A DNA stretch of 49,970 nucleotides from an uncultured Polynucleobacter sp. (GCA_964449745.1 CAYVBV010000002.1:1-49970), one strand, 5' to 3'; positions 9,996 through 19,185 are shown, counted from the stretch's first letter. Translations and numbers: made by a program. Notes: generated by a model from the letters alone, not told the origin.

Positions 9996-10748
9996 ATGGC
10001 TAACTTATCTGAGCTTCCCGAAGGTTACTTCCCTTGCGTATGGTGTGGTGCAGGAAATCGCTACACCAACGCTGGGAAAACCGAAACTCCCGAAGTATGT
10101 TTTAATTGCGGTCTTAATCCTATGCCTGGGGAAGACATAACCAAGGGTGGAAAAATCGATCCTGCAAAAGCAGCAAAGTCTTCTAGAAATAAAAGAGGAA
10201 GTGCGAAGTCAGGTAAGCTTTCATCACAGCCAATTGGAAAACCTATAATTGGAATAGACCCTGGTGCAAGATATACGGGAGTTGTTGTAAGAGATGGCGA
10301 TGTGGTATTACATAGCTCTACGTTAGTGAGACCAAAAGATTTAGATTCGGGTACGGAATGGGCTATCTCAGTTGTAGCACAGATACAAAGTATCCTAAAA
10401 GACTTTCCAACTACAATTCCTATAAGCGTAGAAGGTATCTCTGACCCTAAAGGGTTCCACCAAGGTAAGAGAGCGGCTATAAACCCTAAGGATATAATTA
10501 GGGCAGGCATAGTGCTCGGTGCGATAGTAGCGACATATCCTAAGGCAATCGTAGTACCTCCAGGTAATAACGGTTCTATGCACTATTCTCATTACCCAGC
10601 AGTTCTGATTGGTAGAAGACCAGCAGATTTGCCAGGTTCTACTCAGGAAGCTGGAACTAGAGGGCACGAGCAATCTGCTTACGATGTTGCAGGGAAAGCC
10701 GCTAGAATAGCCTATCCTAATGAATCTAATTATATAGATTTTAAATAA
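9996..10748 (+). CDS. RuvC-like Holliday junction resolvase with an N-terminal Zn ribbon
   Basis: IIGIDPGARYTGVVV (RuvC motif I), ISVEG, late AYDVA; N-terminal CVWC...CFNC. Confidence 0.7.
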   Translation: MANLSELPEGYFPCVWCGAGNRYTNAGKTETPEVCFNCGLNPMPGEDITKGGKIDPAKAAKSSRNKRGSAKSGKLSSQPIGKPIIGIDPGARYTGVVVRDGDVVLHSSTLVRPKDLDSGTEWAISVVAQIQSILKDFPTTIPISVEGISDPKGFHQGKRAAINPKDIIRAGIVLGAIVATYPKAIVVPPGNNGSMHYSHYPAVLIGRRPADLPGSTQEAGTRGHEQSAYDVAGKAARIAYPNESNYIDFK

Positions 10749-10761
10749 TTATTTATTTTTC

Positions 10762-10790
10762 TTGACATTTGCTAAAAATCCTGTTATAAC
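10762..10790 (+). promoter_or_regulatory. sigma70/SigA promoter of the WhiB-like gene
   Basis: TTGACA-N17-TATAAC with TG extension; SD AGGAGG. Confidence 0.8.
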
Positions 10791-10828
10791 TTATCTAGGA
10801 CTTTATTTTGTTAGGAGGTGTCCAGTAA

Positions 10829-11752
10829 ATGATTGACTTCGAAATTGAAGGCGTCGAGAGCTTTTTCGCTATCCCTGAGGATATGCTAGGCAAGACGCCA
10901 TGTCAAGTATCTCCTATTATTTATGAAGACCCAGCATTAGATATTTCGTTGGATGACTCGGAATGGCTAGCACTGGAAAGCAGCGAACAAAAAGCTAGGT
11001 TAGAGGCAAAGCAGGATGCTGAGGCTATCGCTCTTGCTGCGTGTAACACCTGCCCTCTATTGGAGCAATGTAAAGAGTGGGCTATGTCCATGAAAGAAAA
11101 TGTCTTTGGAGTCGTTGGAGGTACTACGATTGAACAGCGTTCTAATAACGTAGTTATCCGTGAAATTGTAAATGCCCAAGAAAGAGGACCCCGTGGCAAA
11201 GTTCGAGATGACTTAATCGTCCAGTGGGCGGCAGCTGGTACAAGTAATAAGGTTATTGCCTCTAGACTTGGATGTAATGTAAGAACAGTAGAGCGTAGGC
11301 GAGCTAAACTAGCGGAGATTGCTAGCAGCCCAGCGACAGAAGAAGCATATGTTCCCGTTCTCAACAATATTGACTTGTCCTCTGGAATTTCCCTAGACGA
11401 TAGGGAAGAAACAATTGCAGTGAAAGAATTGGCACCAAATCGAGTTACTGCAGAAACAGCACTAATTTTTGACGCCTTAGCTGATGGAGCACTAAGAGAC
11501 CGAGAGCAAATCATTAACTCTCTTGTACCTAATGTCCCCGAAGAGATTGCTTTGGCTACAGCACCAATGGGTAGGTCATATGATACTTATGAGTTGCAGA
11601 TTAAGGTTGGTGCACGTAAATTCTTGATGAATAGAATCGATATCGCTGTACGTCGCGGTAGGCTAATCAGCATGACTACCGAGACTGGTAAAACTCTATT
11701 ATGTATGGAAGAGTCAACTGCAAAGACGTGGAGAGAGTACCGCAATAGCTAA
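10829..11752 (+). CDS. WhiB-family Fe-S regulator fused to an HTH and an extra C-terminal domain
   Basis: PC...ACNTCPLLEQC...FGVVGGTT (WhiB Cys pattern and GxxGG turn); HTH SNKVIASRLGCNVRTVERRR. Confidence 0.85.
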   Translation: MIDFEIEGVESFFAIPEDMLGKTPCQVSPIIYEDPALDISLDDSEWLALESSEQKARLEAKQDAEAIALAACNTCPLLEQCKEWAMSMKENVFGVVGGTTIEQRSNNVVIREIVNAQERGPRGKVRDDLIVQWAAAGTSNKVIASRLGCNVRTVERRRAKLAEIASSPATEEAYVPVLNNIDLSSGISLDDREETIAVKELAPNRVTAETALIFDALADGALRDREQIINSLVPNVPEEIALATAPMGRSYDTYELQIKVGARKFLMNRIDIAVRRGRLISMTTETGKTLLCMEESTAKTWREYRNS

Positions 11753-11818
11753 ACCGTCCGCGGGTTTAGCATAGAGTTAGGAATAACTTAGAACGTTCTA
11801 ACAATATTGAGGGAAGTA

Positions 11819-13339
11819 ATGTCTTGTCGAACTACACAAGGTGGCACTCTTATGACACGCCTTGGCAGAAGCTTTTCTGGGCTTTCTGACAAAAAAGTGA
11901 CTTCCCTTTTCCATGCCTTAAAGCGTGAAGGCGATTTGCTCGATGAACCATCTCGCGAAGAAATTGAGACATGGCGTGCCGAGACTAGGGAAATGCTATA
12001 CTCTTTAGAACTCTCTGATTCTCTATTAGAGAGAAGCGAACGCGATTTGTTCCTTGCCAAAGACGAAACCTACGATGGACCTACTTTCCACGCATTACAA
12101 AATATTTTAAGGAGAGCGAGACAAGAAGCTGTCATTATCTCCGTTAAAAGTGCCGTTGCGGATATCTCTCATCCTGGAGATGAAAAAGAAATGTATGAGT
12201 TAGATGAGGATGGCAATCCTAAATATGTTTGGTATGCATCTTATGGATCTAACCTAAGTGCTGACCGTTTTATGAAATATATAAAAGGTGGAAGTGCTGA
12301 TGGCACATCCTCTGTTCAAAGCGGTGCACGCGATAAGTCAGACCCTTTAGAAAGCACTGCAATTAGATTTGAAGGGCGTATGCATTTTGCTGGCACCTCT
12401 TATAGGTGGGGGAAAGGCGGCATTGCATTTATGGATAATGACAGTTCAGGACATGCTTTAGGTCGTGCTTATCTAATTACATTTGAGCAATTTGAAGATG
12501 TAGTAGCTCAAGAAAATGGAAAGTCAAGTTCCACTGTATCTATCAAAGGGAGCGAAGTACTAGCAAATGGAAATTCGGAAGTAGGAGCGGGGTTATACAA
12601 CAATCTTGTTCACATTGGGGACTATAAAGGCTACCCAGTATTTACCTTTAGCAGCTCTTTTAGTGCACAGGATGCAGTATCTAATGCTCAAATAACTACA
12701 GGGTACAAAAGATACGGTGCTACGAATAAGCCTAGTAAAAACTATTTAAGAATGATTGGTAAAGGCTTAGCCGAGTCATTTGAGATGGAAGTATACGACC
12801 AAGCAGATTATCTTTTGGGGACTCTGGGTACTAGAGAATATTCCCGAGACGAAATGATTTCTATCCTTTCCACTCCTGCAGACCCAGTCGAAGAAAAGAT
12901 AAAGCCAAGATATAATTATGACTCTAGTTCTAGATACCCAAGTCCAAGAAGTGCCCGTTGGGAACTTGATGACTGGGGAGAAGACGATTTTTACGGTAGC
13001 GATGAATACGAGATTTATAAAGATGCAAGAAGAGGCGAATGGCCGCCAAAGCGCGACTACCAACCATGGTTCTTAGATACCCCTAGCTCTTCAGACAAAT
13101 ATTATGATACTTACTTAGACGAGCCAGCATATCTAGATGAAGAAGAGGATGAAGAGGGTGCTATTCCCCTATATGGAGAGAAATGGTATCGAACTTCTTC
13201 GCCGAGGATTCATGAAGTACCTATGGCGTTTAGAAACTTAGATGGAACTATAGACGAAGACTACTACGCTGATGCACCTCCTTACTGCGGAATATGCGAT
13301 GATTTTGGGCATGACGTCTATTCTTGTCCAAAAGGATAA
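11819..13339 (+). CDS. Gamma-glutamylcyclotransferase-like protein with the shared MSC N-terminal domain, acidic tail and C-terminal Zn knuckle
   Basis: VWYASYGSNL GGCT/AIG2 signature, GRAYLIT, PSKNYL; C-terminal CGICDDFGHDVYSC; start placed at ATG 11819 (MSCRTT). Confidence 0.75.
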   Translation: MSCRTTQGGTLMTRLGRSFSGLSDKKVTSLFHALKREGDLLDEPSREEIETWRAETREMLYSLELSDSLLERSERDLFLAKDETYDGPTFHALQNILRRARQEAVIISVKSAVADISHPGDEKEMYELDEDGNPKYVWYASYGSNLSADRFMKYIKGGSADGTSSVQSGARDKSDPLESTAIRFEGRMHFAGTSYRWGKGGIAFMDNDSSGHALGRAYLITFEQFEDVVAQENGKSSSTVSIKGSEVLANGNSEVGAGLYNNLVHIGDYKGYPVFTFSSSFSAQDAVSNAQITTGYKRYGATNKPSKNYLRMIGKGLAESFEMEVYDQADYLLGTLGTREYSRDEMISILSTPADPVEEKIKPRYNYDSSSRYPSPRSARWELDDWGEDDFYGSDEYEIYKDARRGEWPPKRDYQPWFLDTPSSSDKYYDTYLDEPAYLDEEEDEEGAIPLYGEKWYRTSSPRIHEVPMAFRNLDGTIDEDYYADAPPYCGICDDFGHDVYSCPKG

Positions 13340-13354
13340 CTCACTCGATTCTTA

Positions 13355-13362
13355 GCCGATAA
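13355..13362 (+). promoter_or_regulatory. GCCGATAA motif upstream of the pilin gene
   Basis: Exact sigma28 -10 consensus, followed by SD GAGG and ATG 13397. Confidence 0.75.
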
Positions 13363-13396
13363 TAATAACAAGTCGGAATACTATCATTGAGGTTAA

Positions 13397-14716
13397 ATGT
13401 ACAAGTTTTTTGGAGCGACCAATAAAGAATCTGGTTTTACTCTTGTTGAGATTCTAATCGTAATCGCTATCGTTGGTGTCCTTGCTGCGATTGCTCTCCC
13501 CGCAGTTTTAAACCAGCGTACCCAAGCTGTAGAGTCTGGCATGCAGGCGGACCTCTTAGGTGCAAGCTCCTCCGTGGATTTAGTTCTGACAACATGGAGA
13601 GGAGTTCCTCCCGCTGAAGTTGCAATCTCTACTACGGATTCCGCGTGGTCTGCTATTGTTTCTGGGCAAAGTACTGCTGTAGCTACTGGTAGCGTCTCCG
13701 AAGGTACCACCTTATCTGGAACAATTTGGGATGATGGCTCTTATTGTTTATCTGCAACTAACCCCGTAACTAGTAGCACTTTAATCTTCAGATCTGACGA
13801 AAGAAACGTAGTTCCTGGGACTTGCCCAAGTGCAGCAATTGGAGGAGTTGGAACCCTACCTGGTACTGTAGCCCTAGATTTACCCGATATGCCTTCTTCT
13901 CTTACTGTTGCAAGCCCAAGCGATAATACAATTTCAGTTTCTTGGGGAGCCGTAGCTGATGCCACTAGCTACACTGTATCCGTTGCAGGAGTAGCTTCTC
14001 AGGAAATATTAGACCCTGTTACTACTGCTACTTTTACCGAAGTGCCACCAGGAACATTAACTGTAGTCGTTTATGCTCAGAATGAAAATGGTGCTGGTCC
14101 AGGTGCTTATGCCTCTGTCGCTGTAAGTGGAACAATTGAGTATGCTCTTTCTACTAGGCTAAATGCTTACACTTACTCGGTTGCTAATCAGACTGAGAAA
14201 GCTACAATCGCAGGGCAGACAGCAGGAAGCACTGTCTGGGTAGCTGCTGATGCTTGGGTTGAGACTTGGACAGGTGCTGAGTGGGTTGTAACTGGAGGTC
14301 GTACTCCTTTCGCCTCTCTTTCTAGAAGTACTGATTTATCTGTACCAGATAACTCTGCAATAACTTTCGTAGGAGATTTGTCCGCAGACACTTCTGGTTT
14401 GACAGAATCTGCAGGAACGTTTACTGTGCCATTAGATGGTAAATATAATATTGCTTTCTCCTTAATCCTTGATAATGTTAACAATGTGGGTCAAAGAAGT
14501 GCAGCAGTTGTGCTAAACGGAACAACTACCATTTTACTTTCTTCTGCTCCTGCTACAACTAACTTTGATTCTCACCTAAATGGCTCTCGTACTTTGTCTT
14601 TGACTGCCGGAGATACCATAAGCTTGCAGGTTTTCCAGTCATCTGGAGATGCATTACCTCTGTTGGCTTCCGCTAGCTCTCCCGCTTATCTGGACATTTC
14701 TTACGTAGCTCCTTAG
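13397..14716 (+). CDS. Type IV pilin-like protein with FN3 and C-terminal C1q/TNF-like beta domain (putative adhesin)
   Basis: Class III signal ESG|FTLVEILIVIAIVGVLAAIALP; FN3-like PSSLTV..ISVSW..ATSYTV..VYAQNENGAGP; C-terminal GTFTVPLDGKY...LTAGDTISLQVFQ. Confidence 0.85.
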   Translation: MYKFFGATNKESGFTLVEILIVIAIVGVLAAIALPAVLNQRTQAVESGMQADLLGASSSVDLVLTTWRGVPPAEVAISTTDSAWSAIVSGQSTAVATGSVSEGTTLSGTIWDDGSYCLSATNPVTSSTLIFRSDERNVVPGTCPSAAIGGVGTLPGTVALDLPDMPSSLTVASPSDNTISVSWGAVADATSYTVSVAGVASQEILDPVTTATFTEVPPGTLTVVVYAQNENGAGPGAYASVAVSGTIEYALSTRLNAYTYSVANQTEKATIAGQTAGSTVWVAADAWVETWTGAEWVVTGGRTPFASLSRSTDLSVPDNSAITFVGDLSADTSGLTESAGTFTVPLDGKYNIAFSLILDNVNNVGQRSAAVVLNGTTTILLSSAPATTNFDSHLNGSRTLSLTAGDTISLQVFQSSGDALPLLASASSPAYLDISYVAP

Positions 14717-14721
14717 GAATA

Positions 14722-14757
14722 TGGTATAATAAGTTTATGTTGGCGAATAAGCCGATA
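14722..14757 (+). promoter_or_regulatory. Dual promoter region of ssb: extended -10 TGGTATAAT (14722-14730) and GCCGATA (14751-14757)
   Basis: Both motifs read directly upstream of ssb. Confidence 0.65.
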
Positions 14758-14828
14758 TAATATAATATGAGCAACAATCCAAATCGGATTGCCAAGTCGC
14801 CCTAAAGTAGAAGGATAGTAAGGAAGAT

Positions 14829-15254
14829 ATGTCTGGCGAAACCACACTAACACTAGTCGGCAACCTAACAGCCGACCCAGAGCTACGTTTCACCCCAAAC
14901 GGTGTAGCAGTAGCTAAATTCACAGTAGCATCAACACCACGTACCTTTGATAAGGCAACAAACTCTTGGGTTGACGGCGAGACTCTATTCATGAGTTGCA
15001 CCGTTTGGCGCCAGGCAGCAGAGAATGCTGGCGAGTCGCTAACCAAGGGAATGCGAGTCTTTGTCTCTGGAAAGCTAAAGAGCCGTTCGTATGAAGCAAA
15101 AGAAGGCGGAAAGCGTACTGTTCTAGAGCTAGAGGTTGAGACCTTTGGTCCTGACCTAACTCGTGCAAGTGCCAAAGTAACAAAGAACCCACCTGCTGGT
15201 GGTTCAGCGGCACCTGCTGTAGCCTCAGATTTTGAGGACGAGACTCCATTCTAA
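14829..15254 (+). CDS. ssb: Single-stranded DNA-binding protein
   Basis: [31 protein letters not shown], actinobacterial type; acidic tail DETPF. Confidence 0.97.
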   Translation: MSGETTLTLVGNLTADPELRFTPNGVAVAKFTVASTPRTFDKATNSWVDGETLFMSCTVWRQAAENAGESLTKGMRVFVSGKLKSRSYEAKEGGKRTVLELEVETFGPDLTRASAKVTKNPPAGGSAAPAVASDFEDETPF

Positions 15255-15270
15255 TCTTGGATTAGACCCA

Positions 15271-15303
15271 AGGGGAGAGCACTTCGGTGCCTCCCCTTTT
15301 TCT
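15271..15303 (+). terminator. Intrinsic terminator after ssb
   Basis: AGGGGAG-GCAC TTCG GTGC-CTCCCCT followed by TTTT; cUUCGg tetraloop. Confidence 0.85.
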
Positions 15304-15324
15304 CGTTTATGGCATTTATAATCA

Positions 15325-15332
15325 GCCGATAA
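15325..15332 (+). promoter_or_regulatory. GCCGATAA motif upstream of the FtsK-like gene
   Basis: Exact sigma28 -10 consensus right after the ssb terminator. Confidence 0.75.
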
Positions 15333-15387
15333 ATTACTGTGTGCCATACCGTTAGGAACATATGGTACTTTAAGGAGCCAAAGAGTT

Positions 15388-18144
15388 ATGCCCTTCGATG
15401 TATTCGGGATAGAAATAGACCCTTTAGGGTTTATTTTGAGCAACTGGTGGATCCTGCTCATAATTCCTATTCTAATCGCTTTTGGAATCTCTTTTGGTTG
15501 GAAAAAATTAACTAATCTGTATCAGATGCAGGGCAAGCCTTTACGCTCGCTTTCTGTCATTCTAGCAGAAGTAAAGTCTCTGATGTTTAAAGAAGACATC
15601 TATTGTGTAATTACTAAAAAAGGCGAAAACATAGCTGCTCTGCTTTGGTTGACATGGACATTCTTCTGGAAGTGGCTTACTGCTCTCACTTTAGTAATGC
15701 TTCCTGTATCATTCTTGCTTCACCCGACAATAGCATTGTGGACGTGGGTTGTTATCACAATAGTATGGCTATATGGCATAGGGCACCTAAGAAAAGTCTT
15801 TGCTTATAGATTTGCAATACTTGAAAAGATGTTCAATGTCGCGATGAGCGAAATGCGATATGACGGTGGGGCTAACTCTAAAATTTATATTTACCAGTAT
15901 ATATTAGTTTCTGAGTGGAAAGATGTATATTACCCTCAAGAGACTCAAATTATGTACTCCACTAACAAATTTAGGGCTAATGAGCTTGGAAAACAAATAG
16001 CTTTCCAGAATGCTTTTGATAGTGCTGTAACAGATAAACACGCTTGGTCTTATGAATGGGACACTTCAAACAATAGAGTAATATGTACGCCAATTCCGTT
16101 TTTGCCAACCAATGTATCCTACCCTTTTCCAGATAAACATCCTTGGAATGAATTCCCGCTAGGTAAGACATTTGGCGATGAAGAAGTAGCTTGGGATGTA
16201 TCAACTTTCCCTCACATGCTTATCGCTGGTACCACTGGTTCCGGTAAGTCTGTTACACAGAGAACAATCTTGCTACATGCTATGCAATCCCCAGACTGGA
16301 GAGTTCTGCTTATTGACCCCAAGCGAGTTGAGTTGTCTCAATATCCAGGGCATCCTAATGTTCTTAAACTAGCTACTGAGATTGATGAAGCTTATGCTTT
16401 AGTTCAGCAGCTTGAACAGGAAATGATGAACCGCTACGCAAGGATGAAAGAAGCACAGGTTAACCACTTCCGTTCTCTTCCAACCGTGCCTCCTGCTATT
16501 CTACTAATGGTCGATGAGGTTTTCGCTTTGCTTGAAATCGTAGCAGGTGCTAGCAAGACAGACCCTGTCATTAAAGAACAAAATGAGATGAAAGCAGGAA
16601 TGACACTACTCGTAGGTAAGATTGCTCGTCTTGGTCGTGCCGCTGGTATCCACATGGTTCTAGCTACCCAGAGACCAGATGCTAAGGTGCTCCCAGGTGA
16701 GGTTAAGGCTAACCTGGACGCACGTATCGCCCAAGGTCGAATGGATAAAACCCCATCGGATATGACTTTGAACAGCCAAGCGGCGACAAAGCTGCCTCCT
16801 ATTAAAGGTCGTGCTATTTACCGTGCAGGTAATGACCTAATCGAGTTCCAAGCCTACTTCCTAGCTCCCGAAAACCTTCCCGAATTCTTAGAGCTTTCTT
16901 CTATGATAGTAAAAGGTGAAGGAGACTTCTTATTTGAAGAAGAAGGTGAAGAAGTTTCAGACAATTCTAAGGTAGAGACTAAAGAGAAGAAAAGTAGAGA
17001 AAAAATCTCTTTTAAAAAGCCTAATATTTCTTCATTTGGTTTAGGAGAAAAATTTACTGCTTGGGTTGATAAAAAACGTGCCCAAATGGAAGAAAATGAA
17101 GCTCGTGCGGGGCGGGCAGTCGAAGAATCAAACCCTAAGAAGAAAGTAGGCGTTCTAGCACAAGAACCTTTAACTGTCGAGGAAGAAGAGCCTTATGTAC
17201 CAGCAGCACAGAGAGAAACATTTACAATAGATGAGATACTTGCAGAAGAAACTGAAATAGGTCCTGGTTTCGAAGAAGAGGCTTTCCAAAATATTGTAAC
17301 GCCAAAGCAGAAGAAAGAAGCTGAGACACTATTTGTTCCCGAGCCTCAAAATGCTCCTGATTTCGATTTCGAATATGAAGAAGACGAAATGGAGGAAGGT
17401 TGGGATGACTTTGATTCCCCTCAACCTTTTGTTCCAGCAACTCAAATAAATGAAGATGTAGAAGAAATAGATTTCTATGATGAAATTGATTTTTCAGCAG
17501 AAGACGACGATGATGATTTCTCGTTTGAAAAAGAGGAATTAGAGTTAAGAGCTTCTGAAGGTACCGCTCAACCCTACTCGGATTTAGAAGAAGAATACGA
17601 AGAGGAAGAAGAGCAAGAAATTGTTCTTACCGTAGAAGATGTTCTTAGATTAGCAGCGGAGAGAGGCGTGCCTATTCCTGCTAGCGAGTTGCTAGCCGCA
17701 CTTCGTGCCGAGGCAGCAAGGCAAGCGAAGCCTGCGTCCCAAAAGGAGCCTAAAAAGACTGAGCCTACACCTCCTAGCCAAATTACCAAGCCACAGCCAA
17801 AACCTGAGTATAAGCCTGTAAAACCTACTATCCGTAAGCCGCTAGAAGTTATTACTCAGCCGCCTGTTGCAGCTATCCCCTCACCACCTAATAAAGAAAA
17901 AATTATAGACCCTATGTTAGAAGAGGCTGATTTTGGAGAAGATCTTTTAGAGCCTCACGAGAAAACCGAGACTCTGCCTCCATGGATGCAAGGCATTCTT
18001 CCAGAAGAAAATCTTACTGGATTTAACCCAGTGTCCAACTCTAGAAAAACTGATAGCGAAGAAGTCTCTCGTAAGCCAGAAGATTTCCTCAGACCGAAGG
18101 AAGAGCCAGAGAAGAAAGTACCTAAGAGACCGAAGCTTTTTTAG
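15388..18144 (+). CDS. Membrane-anchored FtsK/SpoIIIE-family ATPase with a long acidic/Pro-rich tail
   Basis: N-terminal hydrophobic helices; PHMLIAGTTGSGKS, LIDPKRVEL, LLMVDE, LGRAAGIHMVLATQRP, KGRA. Confidence 0.9.
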   Translation: MPFDVFGIEIDPLGFILSNWWILLIIPILIAFGISFGWKKLTNLYQMQGKPLRSLSVILAEVKSLMFKEDIYCVITKKGENIAALLWLTWTFFWKWLTALTLVMLPVSFLLHPTIALWTWVVITIVWLYGIGHLRKVFAYRFAILEKMFNVAMSEMRYDGGANSKIYIYQYILVSEWKDVYYPQETQIMYSTNKFRANELGKQIAFQNAFDSAVTDKHAWSYEWDTSNNRVICTPIPFLPTNVSYPFPDKHPWNEFPLGKTFGDEEVAWDVSTFPHMLIAGTTGSGKSVTQRTILLHAMQSPDWRVLLIDPKRVELSQYPGHPNVLKLATEIDEAYALVQQLEQEMMNRYARMKEAQVNHFRSLPTVPPAILLMVDEVFALLEIVAGASKTDPVIKEQNEMKAGMTLLVGKIARLGRAAGIHMVLATQRPDAKVLPGEVKANLDARIAQGRMDKTPSDMTLNSQAATKLPPIKGRAIYRAGNDLIEFQAYFLAPENLPEFLELSSMIVKGEGDFLFEEEGEEVSDNSKVETKEKKSREKISFKKPNISSFGLGEKFTAWVDKKRAQMEENEARAGRAVEESNPKKKVGVLAQEPLTVEEEEPYVPAAQRETFTIDEILAEETEIGPGFEEEAFQNIVTPKQKKEAETLFVPEPQNAPDFDFEYEEDEMEEGWDDFDSPQPFVPATQINEDVEEIDFYDEIDFSAEDDDDDFSFEKEELELRASEGTAQPYSDLEEEYEEEEEQEIVLTVEDVLRLAAERGVPIPASELLAALRAEAARQAKPASQKEPKKTEPTPPSQITKPQPKPEYKPVKPTIRKPLEVITQPPVAAIPSPPNKEKIIDPMLEEADFGEDLLEPHEKTETLPPWMQGILPEENLTGFNPVSNSRKTDSEEVSRKPEDFLRPKEEPEKKVPKRPKLF

Positions 18145-18188
18145 GCAAAACAATTTATGTTAGTTAGGAATATAAAAGAGGTGAAAAA

Positions 18189-18416
18189 ATGATAGGTAAA
18201 GTTTTAAAAACAGTAATATGGTGGGGTTTGTTAGCCGTACTAGCTTTTTTCTTTTTACAGGCGAACGCTATTGATTCTCCAAAGGCACTATGGAATTGGG
18301 TTGAAGAGACTAGCGTAGTAGTGCGTTCCGGATTTGAGTCTACCACTGGGGAAATTAACCTAGAACAGATTCCTCTTGAGGGAGAAGAAATTGATACTCC
18401 GCAAGAATCTGAATAA
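18189..18416 (+). CDS. Small membrane-anchored protein
   Basis: SD GAGGTG, one N-terminal hydrophobic helix, acidic tail. Confidence 0.7.
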   Translation: MIGKVLKTVIWWGLLAVLAFFFLQANAIDSPKALWNWVEETSVVVRSGFESTTGEINLEQIPLEGEEIDTPQESE

Positions 18417-18422
18417 TATTTC

Positions 18423-18451
18423 TTGCTTTTTCCCAATTTTAGTGGTATATT
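18423..18451 (+). promoter_or_regulatory. sigma70/SigA-type promoter
   Basis: TTGCTT-N17-TATATT with TG extension; SD AGGAGG. Confidence 0.6.
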
Positions 18452-18468
18452 CTTTCTAGGAGGCTTTT

Positions 18469-19182
18469 ATGCTAGGATATTCTCATGCTATGTCAGGTGC
18501 TGTCGCTTGGCTTGCTGTCGCACCTGCGGCAACAGAAGCATTAGGAATGGCTCCTCTAAATGAATATGAACTTATTGCTGGTACTATTGCTACGGCAGGT
18601 GCAGCACTAATTCCTGACCTAGACCACCCACAAGCAACCATCGCTCACACTTTTGGATTTGTCTCAAAATGGATCGCTAAAATAACTGCATTACTAGCTG
18701 GTGGGCACAGACAAGGCACCCATTCCCTTTTGTTTGTTGGAGGCTTTGCTCTACTATCTTATTTTATAGGGCTAGGACTAAATCTTGTAGATTCTACATT
18801 GCCCCCTTTAATCATGATGTTCTTGCTTGCCGCATTTGCATTTAGAGGACTAAATATTGTGCCTCCTAAGACTTCAGGTTCTTTTAAAGGTATCATTGTT
18901 CTCCTAGAAGCAGCTGGATTGGTTGCTCTGTTACATTTCCTTAACCAGAATTCTACCCTAAGTTGGGATTGGCTATGGCTCGCCGCAGGTATGGGAGCAT
19001 TAGTTCATCTACTTGGCGATGCACTAACTCCCGAAGGGGTACCTTTCTTCTACCCTATCAGAAGTAGAATCTCTGTTCCTATTATCGCACACACTGGTAA
19101 TATTATGGAGAGAGTTATCATAAGCCCGCTATTGACTTTCGCTTTGATTTATTTAGTGTGGATGACGCTAATCGTTAATTAA
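18469..19182 (+). CDS. Membrane-bound metal-dependent hydrolase (YdjM/DUF457 family)
   Basis: SHAMSG, LIPDLDHP, HRQGTHSL, HLLGDALT..GVP. Confidence 0.9.
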   Translation: MLGYSHAMSGAVAWLAVAPAATEALGMAPLNEYELIAGTIATAGAALIPDLDHPQATIAHTFGFVSKWIAKITALLAGGHRQGTHSLLFVGGFALLSYFIGLGLNLVDSTLPPLIMMFLLAAFAFRGLNIVPPKTSGSFKGIIVLLEAAGLVALLHFLNQNSTLSWDWLWLAAGMGALVHLLGDALTPEGVPFFYPIRSRISVPIIAHTGNIMERVIISPLLTFALIYLVWMTLIVN

Positions 19183-19185
19183 TTC

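Noticed and set aside
11819-13339. 'Histone deacetylase' label often attached to actinobacterial YxSYGSN proteins
   Set aside because: No HDAC motifs are present; YGSNL is the GGCT/AIG2 signature.
13330-15332. Canonical sigma28 -35 box (TAAA, 15 nt upstream of GCCGATAA)
   Set aside because: Not found at the right spacing in the copies I inspected, so only the -10-like element is claimed.
17200-17900. GAA-rich low-complexity tract as a tandem repeat or array
   Set aside because: It is explained by Glu/Asp/Pro-rich coding sequence in the FtsK tail; there is no fixed repeat unit.
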